Shown: positions 8,402-17,798, numbered from the stretch's first letter. The stretch: 64,000 bases of DNA from a virus (IMGVR_UViG_3300048808_000008:6918-70917), one strand, 5' to 3'. Numbers and translations: made by a program. The notes: generated by a model from the letters alone, not told the origin.

Positions 8402-9976
8402 ATGGCGCAAACAATAGATCAAGTCAAAGCGGCCACGAATCGCCTCGTTCAAAGTGCGGTCAAGCTACTCGACCCGCAAAACGTAGACTCGCAGATTCAG
8501 CGTAACGAGATCGCCGGACCGCGCCGCCCGAAGGCGACTCCCGAAGAACGCAAGTTGATTCAACTTGGCGAAGAGCGTTACGAGGAAGCGCGCTTAGGCC
8601 GCGAGCGCCATCACGAGCGGTTCTATAACGGCATCCGGTTCTACGTTGGCTTGCATGGCGGCTGGTGGGACGGGAATAGCGGACAGGTCATACCCTTCAG
8701 TGAGAACCCGGACTTCAAAGAGAAGTTTACTCCGAAGAAGGAGAACATGGTCCGGGTTATTGCGGACAGAACCGTAGCCCGTCTCACAGGCCAGTTCCCC
8801 GACGCATGGGCGGCGCCGCTCACGGACAGCGCGGCCGACCGGGAGTGTGCGCGCATACATCGCGCAATCAACGCCCACTGCAACCGCGCCAACAACCGGG
8901 AGGAATTGCTGCATGACGCGCTGCTCGCCTGCACGATCTCTACGACTGCGTTTGTGGAATGCGCCTGGGATAAGAATCGATATGCCGATGTCGGCATTCC
9001 TCAGCCGGACGGGTCGATCAAGTACCTGCGCAAGCAGATCGGGGATGTCGCCAACAATTTGATGCTTGCCATTGATGCCTACCCCGATCCGAACGCGGCG
9101 CTTCGCAATCAGGGAATCAACGGCGGGGCGTACTTTATCAAGCGGGGCATCTACTCGGTCGATTTCGTAAACGAAAAGTGGGGTGTATGGGTCGATGCGA
9201 CCGGCAACACGGATACCTACGGCTCACTTGAGCAGCGTCTTGAGTGGATAGCCGGGGACAACTCCCGGCAGATGTCCAAAGTCAAGAACGCGACTGAGGT
9301 AACGGAGGTTTGGGAGAAGCCGAGCACGCGGTATCCAACCGGCCGCTTCTGGGTTTACAGCGCGGATAAGACAATGCTGTACTCCGGAGAATGGCCGTAC
9401 GAGTGGAACGACCGCCTTGGCTATCCGTTCGTAGATTTCTCCTTCGCGAAGAACTTCGGGTCGATCTGGGCGCTGAACCAGTCGCACGATCTGATCGACG
9501 ATCAACTTTCTTTGAACAACATAGCTACCTACCTGTCGGGACGTACGACATGGGACCGGCCGGTGCGTTTCAACCCGGACAATTCGGCGGTGATGGTCGA
9601 TCAACTGAAGGATACTCCGTACGGGGCCGTGATCGGCTACCGCGCGGAACGATACGGCGGTCAAGCTCCGAAGTGGGACTTTCCGCCGCCGCCCGGCGAC
9701 TTCTACTTCAACGAAGAGCGGCGACTTCGCGCCTCAATGGAGATGACGGCCGGGGTGCATGACTTCAACTCCGATCAGGCTAATCAGCCAAACAGTGGCT
9801 TTGAGCTTGAACTGAGGATGCAGGAAGATAAGAGCAGACTTGGGCCTGTGTACCGCCGCGCGTGTCGCAGTATGGCCCAGATTTATGAATGGGACGCGCA
9901 TTTGTACCGGCAGAATGGCGGCCAATGGAGCCGCCTGCTCGGGCTTGACGACAGAGGGAATCCAGGGAGCGCATGA
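8402..9976 (+). CDS. Portal protein, P22-like (N-terminal and main part)
   Basis: Position after terminase; motifs FYVGLH, ENMVRVIAD, VTEVWEKP, YPFV, MEMTAGV; ends abruptly at LLGLDDRGNP. Confidence 0.85.
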   Translation: MAQTIDQVKAATNRLVQSAVKLLDPQNVDSQIQRNEIAGPRRPKATPEERKLIQLGEERYEEARLGRERHHERFYNGIRFYVGLHGGWWDGNSGQVIPFSENPDFKEKFTPKKENMVRVIADRTVARLTGQFPDAWAAPLTDSAADRECARIHRAINAHCNRANNREELLHDALLACTISTTAFVECAWDKNRYADVGIPQPDGSIKYLRKQIGDVANNLMLAIDAYPDPNAALRNQGINGGAYFIKRGIYSVDFVNEKWGVWVDATGNTDTYGSLEQRLEWIAGDNSRQMSKVKNATEVTEVWEKPSTRYPTGRFWVYSADKTMLYSGEWPYEWNDRLGYPFVDFSFAKNFGSIWALNQSHDLIDDQLSLNNIATYLSGRTTWDRPVRFNPDNSAVMVDQLKDTPYGAVIGYRAERYGGQAPKWDFPPPPGDFYFNEERRLRASMEMTAGVHDFNSDQANQPNSGFELELRMQEDKSRLGPVYRRACRSMAQIYEWDAHLYRQNGGQWSRLLGLDDRGNPGSA

Positions 9977-10782
9977 GCACAATAGCCGGACCGCCGCCGA
10001 TTGCACAGAGCGCAATGCCGCCGGGATTAGGACAGCCGCAAGCAGTCGCGCCGCCGATAGGCCCTCCGCCAATGCCGCCCGCGCCGTCTGCCGCGCCGCA
10101 ACCCGGAGGTGAGCCACAGAGTGGCCCGAACAAGGCCGTAGCCGCGCTGATCGACCTTCAGGCGTTGCGCAACGGCCAAAGCCGCGTCGTGTTGCAGCCG
10201 GGCAGTGGAATCGCTAAACTGCCGGCCGCGCAGGAAGAAGAGCTTCAGGGCATCGTGAAGATGCTTTCGACTGCGCCTCCGCCGCTCGTACAGTTCTATC
10301 TGAAGCAGACGCAGGCCATACGTTCGGACGCCGAGGTTGATCGGCTGATTGTCGGCATGAACGAGTACGCGCAGCAGCAGTCTCAGCAGCAACTTGCTTT
10401 GGAGAATGCGAAGGGGCAGAACGCGCAGTCGCTGGCGCAGCAGAAGGCACAGAACGACCAGCAGGCGGCCGCGTACGAAGCGCAAGTCGAGCAGACGGCA
10501 GCGGCTATCGACCTGCACAAAGAGACCGCTTTGCAGCAGTTGCGCGATCAGTCGGCCGTCATGCTGCAAAACCTGAAGGACGAGAATGCGATGGCGCTTC
10601 AGCGTATCAAGGCAAGCGCGGTGAATGTAACATTGGCCGCGACTGCCGGCCCAACCGGCGTAGGCGGCGTGGAGGAGCTTGCGGGCCTTCCCGAAACCGA
10701 CAGTCCGGCGGATATGAAGCCGATACTTTCCCCTCCAAAGCCCGCACCTGGAACGGTCAAGAAAACTAATGACAAGAAGTAG
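9973..10782 (+). CDS. Probable portal C-terminal part (crown and helical barrel) encoded as a separate ORF
   Basis: ATGA overlap; Pro-rich leader, then DLQALRNGQSRVVLQPGSGIAKLPAAQEEEL and a Q/A-rich coiled coil typical of P22-like portal C-termini. Confidence 0.6.
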   Translation: MSTIAGPPPIAQSAMPPGLGQPQAVAPPIGPPPMPPAPSAAPQPGGEPQSGPNKAVAALIDLQALRNGQSRVVLQPGSGIAKLPAAQEEELQGIVKMLSTAPPPLVQFYLKQTQAIRSDAEVDRLIVGMNEYAQQQSQQQLALENAKGQNAQSLAQQKAQNDQQAAAYEAQVEQTAAAIDLHKETALQQLRDQSAVMLQNLKDENAMALQRIKASAVNVTLAATAGPTGVGGVEELAGLPETDSPADMKPILSPPKPAPGTVKKTNDKK

Positions 10783-11119
10783 CATTCCGCCCATGACGAG
10801 CCTTCCCTTAGGTGGCCCCTTCCCAGATACAGGCTATCCGTTCAGCGCGAAGCCACACGGCATGTCGCTCATGGTGAAGCCCGATCGCACCGCACACGCA
10901 ACGGCGCCGGGCCGTGACCGATTGGGGCGCATGTTGCCCGCGCCGAAAATGCCGATCGTGAAGGTGCAGAAAACGGTTATCGCTCCGCTTTCAAAAGCCG
11001 CCGCCATGCCGAAGCAGATGGCGAAGCCGCAAGTCCCCAAAATGCAGGTTCCCCCGAATCTGCCTGCGGTTGTCGCACCGCTCGCGCTGCGTTCTAACGC
11101 GATCCCGCTCACACGATAA
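10769..11119 (+). CDS. Pro/Lys-rich hypothetical protein
   Basis: ORF fills the gap between portal and scaffold. Confidence 0.45.
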   Translation: MTRSSIPPMTSLPLGGPFPDTGYPFSAKPHGMSLMVKPDRTAHATAPGRDRLGRMLPAPKMPIVKVQKTVIAPLSKAAAMPKQMAKPQVPKMQVPPNLPAVVAPLALRSNAIPLTR

Positions 11120-11130
11120 CAGGAGATTAT

Positions 11131-12231
11131 ATGGCCGATATGGATGATTTTAACGTAGAGTCTTCAGATTCCAATCTTTCTTGGGCCGACGTACCCACGC
11201 CGCCCGCACTTGAGAGCACAGAGCCGAGCGGCTTGTCCGATTCGTTCGACGCGCCGACCAAGGTTCAGCCGAACGAGAACGCACCGGAAACGCCGGTAGC
11301 TGAAAAGGAGCCGGAGACTCAAGCGCCGGAGCCCGTCGATAAGCCGGTAGATAAGCCTGCCGAAACCACCGTCGATAAGCCGGTGGATAAGCCGGTTATG
11401 GAGGCTCCCGCGCCGAAGGTCGACGACGTGACGACCGCCGCGCTGATACGGGCCGCTGCCGCGCTCGGGCTGACGGAGCGTGACCCCGCCAAGATACCGG
11501 ATGCTATTGCGGCCCACGAAGTGGCGATGCAGCAGCGGTTCGAGGCGGAAGAGCGCACAAAGGCCGAAACACAGATCGCCGAGCAGGTGCAGACTCGTAT
11601 CAACGAAGAGCTTCACGTCCACATCGAGAACGAGATGCTGCGACGGGGCTGGCAGATCGGCGAAGGCAACTGGTGGGAGGACAAGACCCCCATTGACGCC
11701 GAGAATGGCGACATGCGGTCGGCAGGACAGGTCGCAAAGGCCGAATACGACGCGATCCGCGCGGGCATCATCTCGGCAGATCCTCAGTGGCGTCAGAAGT
11801 ACAACGACGGCATAAAGTCGGGTTTGACGAATTACGACGCCGAGCGAGCCAGGATCGAAACCATTGCGTCTCAGTATGAGCACGCCCCCAAAGATTTCCT
11901 AGAGCATCTGAGGAGAAACGGTGCAAAAGCCGATCTCCTTGACGATGTGGCCCGTGTAACGCACCAGAAGGTGCAGTCCGTGACTGCGATGCTCAATTCC
12001 GCAGTCACAGCAAAAGACGCCGAGATCGCAAGATTGACGGCGCAAATTTCCGGTCAGGCCGCCGCCATCGAGGCAGCGCGGACCGAAGGGCGAAACGCCG
12101 CGCTCCAAGACCTCGGGAAGCCTATTCCAAGCACAGTCGGCAACGGCGAGAGTGCTCCCGAACGCTCGTGGGAGTTCGATATGGATGAAGGCATCACGAG
12201 TTGGGGCGATTTCGAGACAGTATCACGATAA
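11131..12231 (+). CDS. Capsid scaffolding protein (putative)
   Basis: Acidic disordered N-terminus with (P)VDKP repeats, helical body; directly upstream of the MCP; AGGAG RBS. Confidence 0.7.
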   Translation: MADMDDFNVESSDSNLSWADVPTPPALESTEPSGLSDSFDAPTKVQPNENAPETPVAEKEPETQAPEPVDKPVDKPAETTVDKPVDKPVMEAPAPKVDDVTTAALIRAAAALGLTERDPAKIPDAIAAHEVAMQQRFEAEERTKAETQIAEQVQTRINEELHVHIENEMLRRGWQIGEGNWWEDKTPIDAENGDMRSAGQVAKAEYDAIRAGIISADPQWRQKYNDGIKSGLTNYDAERARIETIASQYEHAPKDFLEHLRRNGAKADLLDDVARVTHQKVQSVTAMLNSAVTAKDAEIARLTAQISGQAAAIEAARTEGRNAALQDLGKPIPSTVGNGESAPERSWEFDMDEGITSWGDFETVSR

Positions 12232-12284
12232 CCGCGCACCCGATTGCCTAACCGCAGCGGACAGCGCAGAAAGGCAACCCTAAC

Positions 12285-13367
12285 ATGGCATCTCAGCCGG
12301 GGCCGTACGGTTTTACGCAGTACCTGCAAGGTATCAATCGGCCCCAACTCAAGAAAATCTGGCGATCCTTCATTAAGCCGGGCAGCGTGTGGACACACAT
12401 GCCAATGGTCAATGAAGGCTCGATGATAAAGGCTGGCAAGCGCGTGGTAGCCGGACTCCCGGTCGCGACGTTCGTGCAAGTCTCTCAAGAGCCAACTACT
12501 CCGTTCGTGCAGGATTTGGAGTCTTTTGAAGAAGGAGTCGCGCTTGCCCGCGACTTCTTCAAGATCGATGAACTCCTGCAGACGGATAAGTGGTATATCG
12601 AGGGCAATCCGGTCGGCTTCAATTCGAAGATGTACTTCGACGGCCGAACGTTCACCCTCAATAACTACTTCTTCAATAATGATAAGGTGCAGGGTCCGAT
12701 CGCGGACGCGGGGGGCTTTGTCGGCCTGAAATACCGGCTCGCTTACCCCACCAAGTGGAAGCTCGCGCCGGGAATGAGCATTCAGGCGACCGCCGATCTC
12801 TCGGATGCCGGACTTGCCGGCACCGGAGCGATCAAGATCGCCCGTGACATACAGCGTATGCTCTCGCACTTCGGAAACGACGACGGCAGCAACATGGTTG
12901 CGTGGGCCTCCGCGCAGTGCATGTGGCAACTTGACGCCATTGTGAAGTCCGCAGGCCAAGCGGGCGGCTTTACCACCGCCAAGGACGCCTTCGGACGAAG
13001 CATCGTCGAGTTCAAGAACCTCCGCATCGTAAGTTGCGGATTCCAACCGCCGTCTGCGACCGGGCAGCAGACAACTCCCATCATCGCGGACTCGCAGGAC
13101 GTGAACGGATGGGACGTTGGCGACGCGTCGTACACCGGAGCGGGCCTCACAGGCGCGACCGGCTATACGACGATGTTCTTCGCCCAGCTCGGCGGGAATT
13201 ACCTTACGGGATGGCAGCATAGCGATCCCACGATGATTAAAGAGCGCCTGTCCGGTACTCACCAGATCGTCGGACTGTTCCAGCTCACCGCCGGGATTTT
13301 CATGGAAGACAACCGATCTATCGGCCGAATCTATGGAATCAAGGTCAACGGGCCGCTCTACGATTAA
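12285..13367 (+). CDS. Major capsid protein
   Basis: 360 aa, synteny, motifs FVGLKYRL, KDAFGRSIVEF, SIGRIYGIK typical of HK97-fold capsids. Confidence 0.8.
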   Translation: MASQPGPYGFTQYLQGINRPQLKKIWRSFIKPGSVWTHMPMVNEGSMIKAGKRVVAGLPVATFVQVSQEPTTPFVQDLESFEEGVALARDFFKIDELLQTDKWYIEGNPVGFNSKMYFDGRTFTLNNYFFNNDKVQGPIADAGGFVGLKYRLAYPTKWKLAPGMSIQATADLSDAGLAGTGAIKIARDIQRMLSHFGNDDGSNMVAWASAQCMWQLDAIVKSAGQAGGFTTAKDAFGRSIVEFKNLRIVSCGFQPPSATGQQTTPIIADSQDVNGWDVGDASYTGAGLTGATGYTTMFFAQLGGNYLTGWQHSDPTMIKERLSGTHQIVGLFQLTAGIFMEDNRSIGRIYGIKVNGPLYD

Positions 13368-13381
13368 GGAAGGGGAAGCTC

Positions 13382-13807
13382 ATGCCGTTTGAACTAAACA
13401 CGTACATTTCCCCGACCACAATCACGGGGAACTATTTCAGCTCTGCATTCGACACCGGGCCGCTCGGCGGCACGGACGGCGCAGGGCAGAACTTCGGGAT
13501 TCTGGTCACAGGCGTGATCGGAAACCCGAATGCGCTATTCCAAATCCAGACAAGTGCCGATGGCCTTAACTGGGTTCTGTGCGCATCGGACGATCTTGGT
13601 CCGGTGAACGCAATCGGAACGCGCAACATCCACTTCGCGACGGACAACGAATACTGGCGATTGGCCGTGCTCTGGCAAGAGCAGCCCAGCGGCGGCGGGA
13701 GCAATAACAGCTCTTCGTTGTCGAGTCAGGTATTCAATAGCTCCAGCTCCGGCGGGAGCGCAAGCCTCACATTCAGTGGCGGCCTCACCCCCAGCAACAG
13801 AGGGTAA
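13382..13807 (+). CDS. Putative head decoration protein A
   Basis: Beta-rich protein (IQTSADGLNW...YWRL) after the MCP; contains a Ser-rich loop. Confidence 0.65.
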   Translation: MPFELNTYISPTTITGNYFSSAFDTGPLGGTDGAGQNFGILVTGVIGNPNALFQIQTSADGLNWVLCASDDLGPVNAIGTRNIHFATDNEYWRLAVLWQEQPSGGGSNNSSSLSSQVFNSSSSGGSASLTFSGGLTPSNRG

Positions 13808-13827
13808 GCGACCTCCTCATTCGCAGA

Positions 13828-13863
13828 TCGGCAGGGCGTATCCTCGCGCCCTGCCGCCCTTTT
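13828..13863 (+). terminator. Terminator-like hairpin
   Basis: CGGCAGGGCG/CGCCCTGCCG followed by CCCTTTT. Confidence 0.5.
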
Positions 13864-13888
13864 CCAGAGGACAAGATTTTACGGCAAT

Positions 13889-15196
13889 ATGCCATATCCA
13901 ATAGCCGTCGTCGACGGAACCGATAACACCGTCATTTCTTACTTCTCCGGCGCGGTTCCGGTCGATCCGAACGTGACGGTCGTCGTCAACCTGAATGGCT
14001 ACACGTCGAATGTGATCGACATGGGGCCTCGCGGAAATACGGACGGCGCAGGCGTCAATGTCCGTGTAGACGTACAAAAGCTGAATGGCCTTAACCAAGT
14101 ACAGTTCTTCATTGAAACGAGCGATAACGGGATAGACGGCTGGAACCTGTGCGCGGCCGACGATACAGTGGCCTTCGTGACTGGCCCAGTCGAATTGCTC
14201 ATCCACTTCGAGACCGACCGGAGATTTTTTCGTCTCGCGTGGAGTGGTCAGGACGCTCCGGACGCAGAACTCAGCCCTGCAGTAATGCCTCTCTGGATTG
14301 AGATACCGATGCAGCCGCCGCCAGGATCTTACCAGGCGATTACTGCGCCCACCCCCTACACAAATAGCGTCAGTACTACATACCAGAGCGGCAGTGGCAC
14401 GACGGATACGGTCGCTCTGACAATCCGAGGGATTGTTGAGTTAAAAGGGACAACCGGCGGTTCTGTCGTGCCCGGCTCGGGCGGCAGAGCGAAGGTTGGG
14501 GCAACGCTTGACGATAACAGCAATAACATCTTTGAATTAGTGATCTCCGCTCCGGCCGCGACGGTGGTGCTAAACTGCGGCACGGCGGGCGTAGACTCCG
14601 ATTGCGTCATCTTGGACTATACCGGGGAGTTTTCCATCACCGATGGGGCGACTGTTACACTCTCGGCCAACTCGGTTGACGATGGCTCCAACTATTCTCA
14701 GGGTCCGTTTGCGGTTCCGACCGGTTTCACGCCGCCGAGTGGGGTGAACGTACCGCCCGACGACGGCGAGTATCTACAGGTTGACGGCTTCCCCGAGGTT
14801 TACTCGACTCTGCCAAACTATCCGGCAGGTAATTACGCACTGTCTTATCTCTTCGGCTGCTTCAACTTCGGGCCGCTGCCGTCTGAGGCGGGCTCGTGGA
14901 GCATTCAAACGAACGTGACGAATGGCACGACAGTTGAAGGTTACGCGCCATTCGGAGTTCCGCCGCCGCCATACGAGCTCCATAACCCATGGAACTTCTC
15001 CGAAGCGACTGAACAGGCGTACTGGGCTGGGCTACTCTTACCGTTCACTCACGCGGGCGGCCCAATTGGGGTACAATGCGGTGATCCATTCACTGGGGAC
15101 AACACGGAAGGATCTCCGCCGACTACGTGGGCGCTCCGGAGTGAAACCGAAGTCACATTCTCTTGGTCTTACGCGGTCTCGAATCGCGGCCTGTAA
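13889..15196 (+). CDS. Putative head decoration protein B, a paralog of A with about 300 aa inserted
   Basis: N-terminus aligns with A (DMGPRGNTDGAG, IETSDNG..WNLCAADD, IHFETDRRFFRLAW); C-terminus TFSWSYAVSNRG matches TFSGGLTPSNRG. Confidence 0.65.
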   Translation: MPYPIAVVDGTDNTVISYFSGAVPVDPNVTVVVNLNGYTSNVIDMGPRGNTDGAGVNVRVDVQKLNGLNQVQFFIETSDNGIDGWNLCAADDTVAFVTGPVELLIHFETDRRFFRLAWSGQDAPDAELSPAVMPLWIEIPMQPPPGSYQAITAPTPYTNSVSTTYQSGSGTTDTVALTIRGIVELKGTTGGSVVPGSGGRAKVGATLDDNSNNIFELVISAPAATVVLNCGTAGVDSDCVILDYTGEFSITDGATVTLSANSVDDGSNYSQGPFAVPTGFTPPSGVNVPPDDGEYLQVDGFPEVYSTLPNYPAGNYALSYLFGCFNFGPLPSEAGSWSIQTNVTNGTTVEGYAPFGVPPPPYELHNPWNFSEATEQAYWAGLLLPFTHAGGPIGVQCGDPFTGDNTEGSPPTTWALRSETEVTFSWSYAVSNRGL

Positions 15197-15228
15197 ACAA
15201 CCCCCCGCTAAAGCAGGGGGCTTTGCCA

Positions 15229-16314
15229 CTAACCGCAAGCGGTTGCGACTTTAGGGCCGTTTACTTGGCCCCGTGCCCGGATATTCAGCGCCGCGTTGTC
15301 GTCGGCGTTGATCTCCAGGCCACAAGAAAGGCATTGGAATTGGGACTGGCTTCGACGATTGGCGCGATCGCAGTGGCCGCAAGCGGAACAGGTCCGGCTT
15401 GTGCCCCTCGCCTCGACGTACACGACCGGCACGCCTGCGCGCGCCGCCTTGTAAACGACAAACTGCTTCAATTCGTCAAAAGCCCAATTGCCCAGTTGCC
15501 AGCGCATGTCCCGGTTAAAAGCCGAGCCTCGCTCTCGAATCCCCTTCAGGTCTTCGAGAGCGATTGCCTTGCGGGAGGAACGCGCGGTCTGGACGATTGC
15601 CTTACTGATGTTGTGGTTGACCCACTTCGAGAAACGGGAGACCTTGCGGGCCACCTTCTTGAGCGTGCGTTTTGCGCGCTTCGAGCCGCAAGATTGAAGT
15701 CCGCGACGGTGTTCGCGCCGTTTGCGCCGGGCACTGCGGATCGGCTCTCCCGCGTACCGGTTTCCTTCGCTGTCCACGGCGACGTTGACCAGGCCGAGAT
15801 CGACGCCGAGCACGCCGTCCGTCTCGATCAGGGGCGGATCGGGAAGGCTTATCGTCGCAAGCAGGTAAAAGTTTCCGCCGACAAAGGCCAGATCGCTTTC
15901 GCCCTGCCGGAAGACGAGAAGCCCGCGCTGATAGTCGCCGCACGCGAACGGGATCTTCATGCGGCCGTCCACGGTCCAGATCGACACCTGCCCGCGATCG
16001 ACATACCAGTTGACGATTCGGTCGTCGTAAGCGATCGCGCCGAGCGGGGCAAAGAACCGCTGCGCGTCGTGGTCGAGCTTGTAGGCGTCGGCGACCTTGC
16101 CAATGCACCGGACAACCACCTGGGCCGTAAGGCCCGATTCGGCCCGCTGAACGGCGTATTGAGCGCGGTGCAGCGGATATTGGCCGAACGTCTTATTCTC
16201 CCACGCCCACGCGGAAATACTGTCGCAAACAGTGTTCGCGGCCTGCATCGTGCGCTTCAGGGCGTCGCGCTGCTTAGGCGTCGTTACCAGCTTGACCTGT
16301 GCTGTAAGTTTCAT
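15229..16314 (-). CDS. tnpB: RNA-guided endonuclease TnpB
   Basis: RuvC triad GVDLG / IALEDL / NADDNAALNI and Zn finger CSAC...CLSC; start MKLTAQVKL. Confidence 0.95.
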   Translation of the reverse strand: MKLTAQVKLVTTPKQRDALKRTMQAANTVCDSISAWAWENKTFGQYPLHRAQYAVQRAESGLTAQVVVRCIGKVADAYKLDHDAQRFFAPLGAIAYDDRIVNWYVDRGQVSIWTVDGRMKIPFACGDYQRGLLVFRQGESDLAFVGGNFYLLATISLPDPPLIETDGVLGVDLGLVNVAVDSEGNRYAGEPIRSARRKRREHRRGLQSCGSKRAKRTLKKVARKVSRFSKWVNHNISKAIVQTARSSRKAIALEDLKGIRERGSAFNRDMRWQLGNWAFDELKQFVVYKAARAGVPVVYVEARGTSRTCSACGHCDRANRRSQSQFQCLSCGLEINADDNAALNIRARGQVNGPKVATACG

Positions 16315-16323
16315 CCTGTTGAC

Positions 16324-16352
16324 ATTATACCCGACGAAACGGGGAAGCGTCA
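16324..16352 (-). promoter_or_regulatory. tnpB promoter
   Basis: TTGACG-17bp-TATAAT; the -10 lies about 10 nt upstream of the ATG. Confidence 0.65.
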
Positions 16353-16463
16353 ACATCTACCTTATCTGCTTGGGCAGCTCCTCCCCTCCCTAAAGGGACC
16401 GATAACCCGGCAACCTGCCGGTAAGGGGTTTCCGCTGCCGATTGGAATCGTAAGGGATTATCG

Positions 16464-17123
16464 ATGATCCACTTAAACTCAGTCACGCTCTACACGATTC
16501 AGACGGTTCCGATTCAGACAACCGACGCGAATCCTCCCGCGAGCCATGCGGCGAACCAGAGGGCTGTTCAGTTGTGTCAGCGCGGACTAACGTATCGGGA
16601 TACGGTTGCATTCGTGGATAACCCTGTTGGCTATGAAGACATCGCAACCGAGATCGTGAATATCCCGCAGTTCCCGAACTACCGCGATGTTTGTCCGTTC
16701 GTGCTCACGAAGTTGCCCGATCTCATACTCCCGCTCATGGGGAGCCATGCGTTGAAGTGCGAATGGGACGGTTTCGTTCTCAATCCGAAATGCTGGACAG
16801 ATGATTTCTTGGAGTGGGACTACATCGGGAGCCCATTTTTCGGCCATACTGTAGGCAATATGGGATTCTGTCTTCAGTCGCAGCGATATTTCAAAGCATT
16901 GAAGGAGCTAAACTTGCCGGCGACCGAGTTTGCCTGTTATCCGAGCGACCAGAAGATTTGTATAGAAAACAGGGCGAATATGGAGGCGCTAGGCGTTCGG
17001 TTTGCGCCGGTGGAACTTGCGAACCGCTTCGCGCGGGAGAACAGTCCGCCGTACGGAACGGAAACACTGGGAGGGCACGGGCGCCTATTCCTGGCTGACG
17101 TTGCGCGGCAGGGAAGGTATTGA
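16464..17123 (+). CDS. DUF5672-like putative GT-A fold glycosyltransferase
   Basis: WDGFVLNP..W.DDFLEWDYIGSP...VGNMGFCL.S, and A.RFA.E...GGH motifs. Confidence 0.75.
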   Translation: MIHLNSVTLYTIQTVPIQTTDANPPASHAANQRAVQLCQRGLTYRDTVAFVDNPVGYEDIATEIVNIPQFPNYRDVCPFVLTKLPDLILPLMGSHALKCEWDGFVLNPKCWTDDFLEWDYIGSPFFGHTVGNMGFCLQSQRYFKALKELNLPATEFACYPSDQKICIENRANMEALGVRFAPVELANRFARENSPPYGTETLGGHGRLFLADVARQGRY

Positions 17124-17127
17124 TGAT

Positions 17128-17733
17128 ATGCCTGGCAGTGAGTGGATGCCGAGACTTAATCCGGGGCAGAGTGTACCAAACACTCTTGAAGAGTGGTATG
17201 AGCTTGCCTGTTCACCAGTTTACGCGGATTCGGGCATCCAGAAGCACTTGGCGTGTTTAAGCCGATATGCGGGTGTGTCAAAACATGTCGTAGAGCTTGG
17301 CACGGGAGGCGGCGACCAATCCACTCTCGCCCTGCTCATTGGGAATCCAAAATCTCTTGACTGTTTCGATATAAGTCCACCAGGATCCCTGCCGACCATT
17401 GAACGACTTGCAGACGAAAGCGGAGTGGCCTTCGAATTCCACTGTGAGGACACGACCAAGGCGGAAGGTATTCAGTCCGATCTGCTTCTTGTCGATTCTT
17501 TGCACACGGCTGCGCAGGTGGAGGCCGAACTCGCCATCTTTGCGCCGCTATGCAGTAAGCGCATAGTCTTTCACGATGTTATCAGCTTCGGAGATCACGG
17601 CCAGACGGATAAACCCGACCAGGGCATCAACTTGGCGATAGCACGGTTTTTATATAAACACCCCGAGTGGAGCGTCGAGCGATATTCAGAAGAGGACAAC
17701 GGACTTCTGACACTGCGGCGCGGATGCACATGA
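17128..17733 (+). CDS. Class I SAM-dependent methyltransferase (Methyltransf_24-like)
   Basis: VVELGTGGG, DLLLVDSLHT, IVFHDV, NGL motifs. Confidence 0.8.
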   Translation: MPGSEWMPRLNPGQSVPNTLEEWYELACSPVYADSGIQKHLACLSRYAGVSKHVVELGTGGGDQSTLALLIGNPKSLDCFDISPPGSLPTIERLADESGVAFEFHCEDTTKAEGIQSDLLLVDSLHTAAQVEAELAIFAPLCSKRIVFHDVISFGDHGQTDKPDQGINLAIARFLYKHPEWSVERYSEEDNGLLTLRRGCT

Positions 17734-17798
17734 GAACAGTAGTCCCGGAAAACAACCTATCTGTTATCAGTGTGTTAACAGTTAACGGAACCTTATGA
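17730..17798 (+). other. 22-codon mini-ORF duplicating the start of the next gene
   Basis: ATGAGAACAGTAGTCCCGGAAAAC versus ATGAGAACAATCATCCCGGAAAAC; ATGA overlaps at both ends. Confidence 0.5.

Larger units (their letters stand above)
15193..16449 (-). mobile_element. IS200/IS605-family element with tnpB only (IS1341-like, non-autonomous)
   Basis: Right-end hairpin AAGCCCCCTGCTTTAGCGGGGGGTTGTTTAC; left-end hairpin around CTCCCCTCCCTAAAGGGA...GGGGTTTCC; GTAA (TTAC on minus) at both junctions, 15193-15196 and 16450-16453; no tnpA. Confidence 0.85.

Noticed and set aside
9949-9976. Canonical -1 programmed frameshift fusing the portal ORFs
   Set aside because: AGA-GGG-AAT does not fit X-XXY-YYZ, and in-frame readthrough of the TGA meets TAG after two more codons.
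12054-13262. Long minus-strand ORFs opposite structural genes (also 5177..6172, 20510..21358 and others)
   Set aside because: Antisense shadows from GC-rich codon bias, with no motifs or RBS.
13808-13863. HDV-like ribozyme (TCCTCGCG motif)
   Set aside because: The motif lies in the loop of a simple terminator-like hairpin, with no P1/P2/P3 pairing.
15163-16467. 434-aa plus-strand ORF
   Set aside because: Antisense shadow of tnpB, a common feature of GC-rich tnpB genes.
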